DNA of 64,000 nucleotides from Octopus bimaculoides (taxonomy: Eukaryota), in NCBI RefSeq assembly GCF_001194135.2, contig NC_068987.1:89216640-89280639 (forward strand). Reading direction: 5' to 3'. How positions within the stretch are numbered: position 1 is the first letter of the stretch; each line of letters begins with the position of its first letter. Shown here in pieces: positions 58,976 to 64,000 of this stretch. Below the pieces are notes generated by a model. It was not told the DNA's origin. It made no database searches and saw only the letters and a program-made list of their open reading frames with translations. A program made the position numbers and the translations under genes.

Positions 58976-59644
58976 GATTCAACATTAAAGCAGTTTGGAG
59001 TTTTACCACCACTGGGAACCAGGTGGAAACTTCACAAATATAAGAAAAATCTACAATAACAAAATAAAAAATAAAAAACAATAACAAAAGAAAAAGAAAT
59101 AGAAAACAATCATCAGAAAAACAAATGTTCATTCCAGGTGGGGGGGGGGCTGAGAGTATTAAGGGCCCTTGAGCATAACTGTTTACCAGGCCCCCTAGCA
59201 TTGATATCAAAGAAGAGTTAACATGTAGAGTGCAGGCCCACCAGGCAGTGCCCGATTGACCGACACCTCAGTCTGCCCCAGGTTCATTCTAATTTTTTTA
59301 AAAAAGGGGTTGAAATGGCAGAATTGTAAGTGTGCTGCTTAGCAGCATTTCCTTCCAGTTCTTTACACTCCGAGTTCAAATTCTGCCGAAGGAAGCCACC
59401 TTTGTCTTTTAGGGTTGACAAAATAAATACCCGTCGAGCACTGGGGTTGATGTAATTGACTAGACCCCCCCCCCNNNNNNNNNNNNNNNNNNNNNNNNNN
59501 NNNNNNNNNNNNNNNNNNNNNNNNNNNNNNNNNNNNNNNNNNNNNNNNNNNNNNNNNNNNNNNNNNNNNNNNNNACCTTCCCTAGAATTGCTGGCCTTGT
59601 GCCAGTATTTGAAACCATCTTAATTCCAGTATTTCATTTAATCT

Positions 59645-59930
59645 GAGAATGGAATGGAGTGAATGATGTGATTGCAGAGTACTGAAAGCACAAGTTGCAC
59701 TGGGCCGGATATGTCGCAAGGTTCACAAATGAGTTGGTGCATGCAGTAGCAAAGTGTTATCCAGGAGACGGAAAAAGACCACATGGAAGGCCTCCACAAC
59801 AATGGGAAAGCAATTTAGTTAAGCAGTTTGGATCAAGATGGAAAAGAATGACACAATCAACTCTGATCTGGCAGAAACAAACTCTGACCAGCAGTGTGAA
59901 ACAGTATCTGATGGTCTGATCGATATTGTG
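59645..59930 (+). mobile_element. RTE-clade LINE 3' fragment (C-terminus of RT)
   Basis: GVNDVI..Y*KHKLHWAGYVAR...YPGDGKRPHGRPPQQW matches the typical RTE C-terminal WAGHVAR / KR..GRP..RW motif. Confidence 0.75.
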
Positions 59931-60456
59931 ATTTCATTTCCCAATGTCAGCTGTCTGAGTTCATTTCTTCATTTCCACTGCTGTCAGCTTTTCTTTTGAT
60001 CTTTTTAAAATGTCAAGAAATACAATCCCAGTCAAGTAGTGAAGTTGGGTTTCTCATCTCTCTTAGATTTTGTTGATATGAGAAGAGTCAAGGGAAACTA
60101 CTCACAGCATCTCTTTCTCCAGAAATGAAGACAAGTTGAGGGAAGTGAAAGGGGGGAGGGGGCAGTGAGTTCTCAGAAAATCTGATTTGCTACAGGAACT
60201 GTCCAAAAACAGATTGATGGGTATTACAGCATGGAACGGAAATATAGAATTGCACTGTTAGCGATAGCATTGTGTTCTCTTTGTTTCTGACTTTAGAAAA
60301 AAGGAAAGAATACAATAGTATTTGTTGTTGTTGTTGTTTAGGCCAAAGTCAGTACTGACTGACCAATGATCGAAGCTGTTCCAGCAGTAATCATGTCTTT
60401 CCATACAACTACATTGATAAACATGCCCTCCCTTTTTTTAAAAATTAGAGTTAGGC

Positions 60457-60850
60457 ATAGGAGTGGCTGTGTGGTAAGTAGCTTGCTCACAAACCACATG
60501 GTCCAGATTCAGTCCCACTGTGTGGAACTGTGGGCAAGTGTCTTCTACTATAGCCTCGGGCCGACTAAAGCCTTGTGAGTGGATTTGGTAGACGGAAACT
60601 GAAAGAAGCCCATCGTATATGTGTATATATATGTATGTGTGTGTATATGTTTCTGTGTCTGTGTTTGTCCCCCCAGCATCGCTTGACAACTGATGCTGGT
60701 GTGTTTACGTCCCCGTAACTTAGCAGTTCGGCAAAAGAGAACAATAGAATAAGTACTAGGCTTACAAAGAATAAGTCCTGGGATCGATTTGCTTGACTAA
60801 AGGTGGTGCTCCAGCATGGCCACAGTCAAATGACTGAAACAAGTAAAACA
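60457..60850 (+). mobile_element. SINE family A, full length
   Basis: Consensus match. Confidence 0.85.
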
Positions 60851-62759
60851 GTTACAGGAATTTAGCTGATATTTTCTGTGGATTGAACAATCACTAAGAG
60901 GATCTTTTTTGGGAGGGATCAAGGGACAGTACCTATTCCCTAAGTTAGGCATGAAAGATGCCTACAATGGATTTGAACTTGAAACTCTGGAGCCAATATT
61001 TCAATAGAATACCTATTTGACCAATTTGCTTCTACCGCTGGATAAATTACAAAGGAACAATAAAACCCCTAAAACCCCTGCAATTAATCAACAATCTACA
61101 AAAAGAATTGAAACTGAATAAGAAATATTCTTTCCTCAATGATTCAAATGAAAAATGAAATCAATCAACTGAAGGTTGATTAATTAGCAGAATCATCAGC
61201 TCAGTGGATAACCTACCTGCACTAATTAGAGTCGTTTATGTGCCAAGTTTAAACACTCTTTGGGTCAACTTTTGATTTTGTTCTTTCAAAGATGACAAAA
61301 TAAAATATTAGTCCAAGTACTGCAGTCGATTTAACATTCCTTTAAAGCATTCTGGACGAAAAGGGAATTGTAATGGAATCCAGGAACTTAAACCATTAAT
61401 TTTAAAATGAATTAAATTATTACGTGCAGGTGTGACTGTGTGGTAAGAAGTTTGCTTCCAAACATGGTTTGGGGTTCAATCCCACTGTGTGACTGTGTGG
61501 GACTTTGGGAAGGTATCTTCTACTATAGCCTCAGGCCAACCAAAGCCTTGAGAGTGGATTTGGTAGACAGAAACTGAAAGAAGCCAGTCATGTGTGTGTG
61601 TGTGTGTAATGCTAAAATAATTTTATCATGAAGAATATTTTAGTACTGGTTTCAGTCTTTGCGACTTTTTCAACTTAGAGTAAAGCATGAAAAACAATTA
61701 AATTGTGGAAAAATTAAGTGAAATGATTTTTAAAAATATTTCCATAGTTTTCAAATACAAGGGATATTTTTTTCTGTCTATCTCTATCTCTTTTTAACTC
61801 TTGTGAAGGCTTGGTAGCATGTGGTAGGTAGTAGCAGTCCTAAATGGATATTTCATTATAAGTTCTTGGTTTTAAATGTTTAAGCAGCAGTAGTAGCCCA
61901 GGAAGGAGGTGATGAAGAAGATGAGGAAGTAGTGGGAGTAGGAAAAGAAAAAGAATAATGAAAATATAGGAGTGGTATTACAGTAAGAGGATGTTAGTAG
62001 AATCCTCTTAAATGGCTAAGTGACCTAAAAGTGACCTGTTGTGGTTGTAATGGTAGTGATTGGAATTGTTGGTGTGTTTAGTAAGAAAAGCTTAAAAGAA
62101 AAGAAATAAAGTTCTGGGGTTGATTTATTTGACTAAAATTCTTCAAAGCAGTGTCCCAGCATGGCCACAGTCTAATGAGTGAAACAGGTAAAAGATTTTC
62201 TATAAAGTATATTTAATAAGAATATTTCAATTTGGTTAACAACAGTGTAACGATTTGGCTGAGTTGAGAGATAAACGAAAAAAATGTCTGAAGTTCTAAA
62301 TGCAAAAATATTTTATGAAACAAAACAATTACAACATTTGTAAAAGAGAAAAATAAACCATCTTAGAAAAATATGATGTTTAGAACATTATTAAAACAGT
62401 GTATATGGTTTTAATATTTACACAGCAGTACATCTTTTATATAACTAGAATGTCAGTAAGAGAGATGGTTTGAGCTGCTAGGAATAGAAGTCAAATTTTA
62501 CTAAAAGTACAACCAACAATGTTAAAAAGAAAAAAGATAAAATCAATAATGAAGTTCTAGATATAAATACAAAAGACAGCATGGTCACAGATTGACCGCC
62601 ATATCTGATCAGTCGGAGCTGAATTGGACTGACCAACTCTGACAATTTTATTTTAAGTTGTTCTCACATTTCTTAACAGACTAACAACTAGCGATGTTGA
62701 TAGTTATGACAGTCTACTACCGCAGTTGTGCCTATTGTTGATTCACTCTGCTTACCTAT

Positions 62760-63240
62760 AAGTAGGTTCCATGAGTAAATTGTGAGCTGATAGTCTAGAT
62801 GCAGAGAAAGCTCAAAATCTCAGCCACGGTTCTGAGTCTTCTGAATGTTTCAGTCAATCTAACTATTGATTTGATTTTCAACAGTGTTGGTCAGGTGGAA
62901 GAGACTGTGTCACAGATCTTTACAGACCCTCCAGCACTGGTGAGATTGGTACAGTTGATGTCTGTAGGAAAAAACATGAGTAGGAATGGAATTCTAGAAG
63001 GATGATTTTCTGGGGAAGAAAGATTGGATTTAGTGGTTGGTGGGGAGGGGGAGAAAGATATAGTATGGGTGGTGAGAGGAGAATAGATGCTGTATAAAGT
63101 GGCTTTGTGGGAGGGGTTTGTAACTATTTAATCCCAAGAAACAGAAGTAGCTGTAGTAGTGAGCAGAATGAGGAGACTGTGAATCTGTAGCCGTGGAGAT
63201 TGTAGGATGCTTATGGGGGGGTCTTAGGAAAAATCTTGAC
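62760..63240 (-). pseudogene. Possible highly degenerate Penelope-like element remnant (linker/GIY-YIG region)
   Basis: Minus strand gives HPT, a C/T-rich linker, LTSAGGSVKICD and TETFRRLRT, loosely like the PLE motifs ITGP.GS..I.D and GETGRRL..R; weak. Confidence 0.3.
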
Positions 63241-64000
63241 ACATCTTTACCACCATCTTCTCCCTTTTTCCAGTTGGGGTAACCATGTATCTCCCCTACA
63301 GCAAGACACCTATTTCTATCCTTCTATCATCACTTGGCATGAAGCCACCATCCTCAACTCTACTCCACCCCTTTCAGCTGAGGAGTCTTGTCTTGCAAGT
63401 TACTTGGTGACCTCACTAGTGCTGGTGCTACATGAAAAGCACCCAGTCCACTCTGTAAAGTGGCTGATGCTAGGAAGGACACCCAGCCACAGAAACTATA
63501 ACAAAATAGATCTTGGAGCTTGCCAACTCCAGTCAAACCATCCAACCCATGCCAGCATGTAAAATGGACATTAAACGATGATAACAATGGATGGCTTTGT
63601 TTTTAATGTGGCCCAGGATGTGCATGTGTGGAGTAGCAATAATAGTCCGGATGTGGAAACAAAACATATGTAGGTTTTTGAGCCTTCTACAGTGCTTTTT
63701 AAAAAAAGAAATTTATTTGTATTTATATCCTGGAGGCAAAGTAGCTGAGTTTCTTTCAAGTGTTGGGGCCTCATGGAGTCAATGACCGAGACCTTTGACA
63801 TTATGTTGTGCTTGAGAAGAAGACCCATCGAGCCGAGCAAAATTGCAGTCATGGCAGATACCAGTGTCACGCAAATGGCACCCGTGCCAGTGGCACGTAA
63901 AAGCACTCATTACACTCTCGGAGTGGTTGGTGTTGGGAAGGGCATCCAGCCATAGAAAACCATGCCAAACCAGACTGGATGTTGGTGCAGCCTTCCAGTG

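Noticed and set aside
1-64000. CRISPR arrays, operons or other prokaryotic systems
   Set aside because: The sequence is eukaryotic, with spliceosomal introns and SINEs. No regularly spaced repeat-spacer array was seen.

Overview
AT-rich, repeat-dense animal genomic DNA with 11 N-gaps. The repeat families resemble those I associate with coleoid cephalopods, probably Octopus (inference, not verified). Two convergent intron-rich genes can be rebuilt by hand with consistent splice phases. (1) A + strand RASSF2/4/6-type Ras-association/SARAH gene with 8 confident coding exons at 11176-39247; its first coding exon was not found, and there is one candidate acidic cassette exon. (2) A complete - strand inositol polyphosphate multikinase (IPMK; 5 coding exons, 58975->45293, 321 aa) that keeps its ATP/metal motifs but has changed several normally conserved motifs. 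The rest is tRNA-headed SINEs of several families, RTE-type LINE fragments, hAT-type and foldback MITEs, microsatellites and gaps. The most notable non-genic signals are two unrelated repeat families carrying minimal hammerhead-ribozyme folds of the Penelope-associated type, mostly inserted as head-to-head palindromes. One family joins the hammerhead to a tRNA-like Pol III head. There is also a 2.1-kb ORF1-only (CCHC knuckle) LINE derivative inserted with a 16-bp TSD into a SINE head inside IPMK intron 3.
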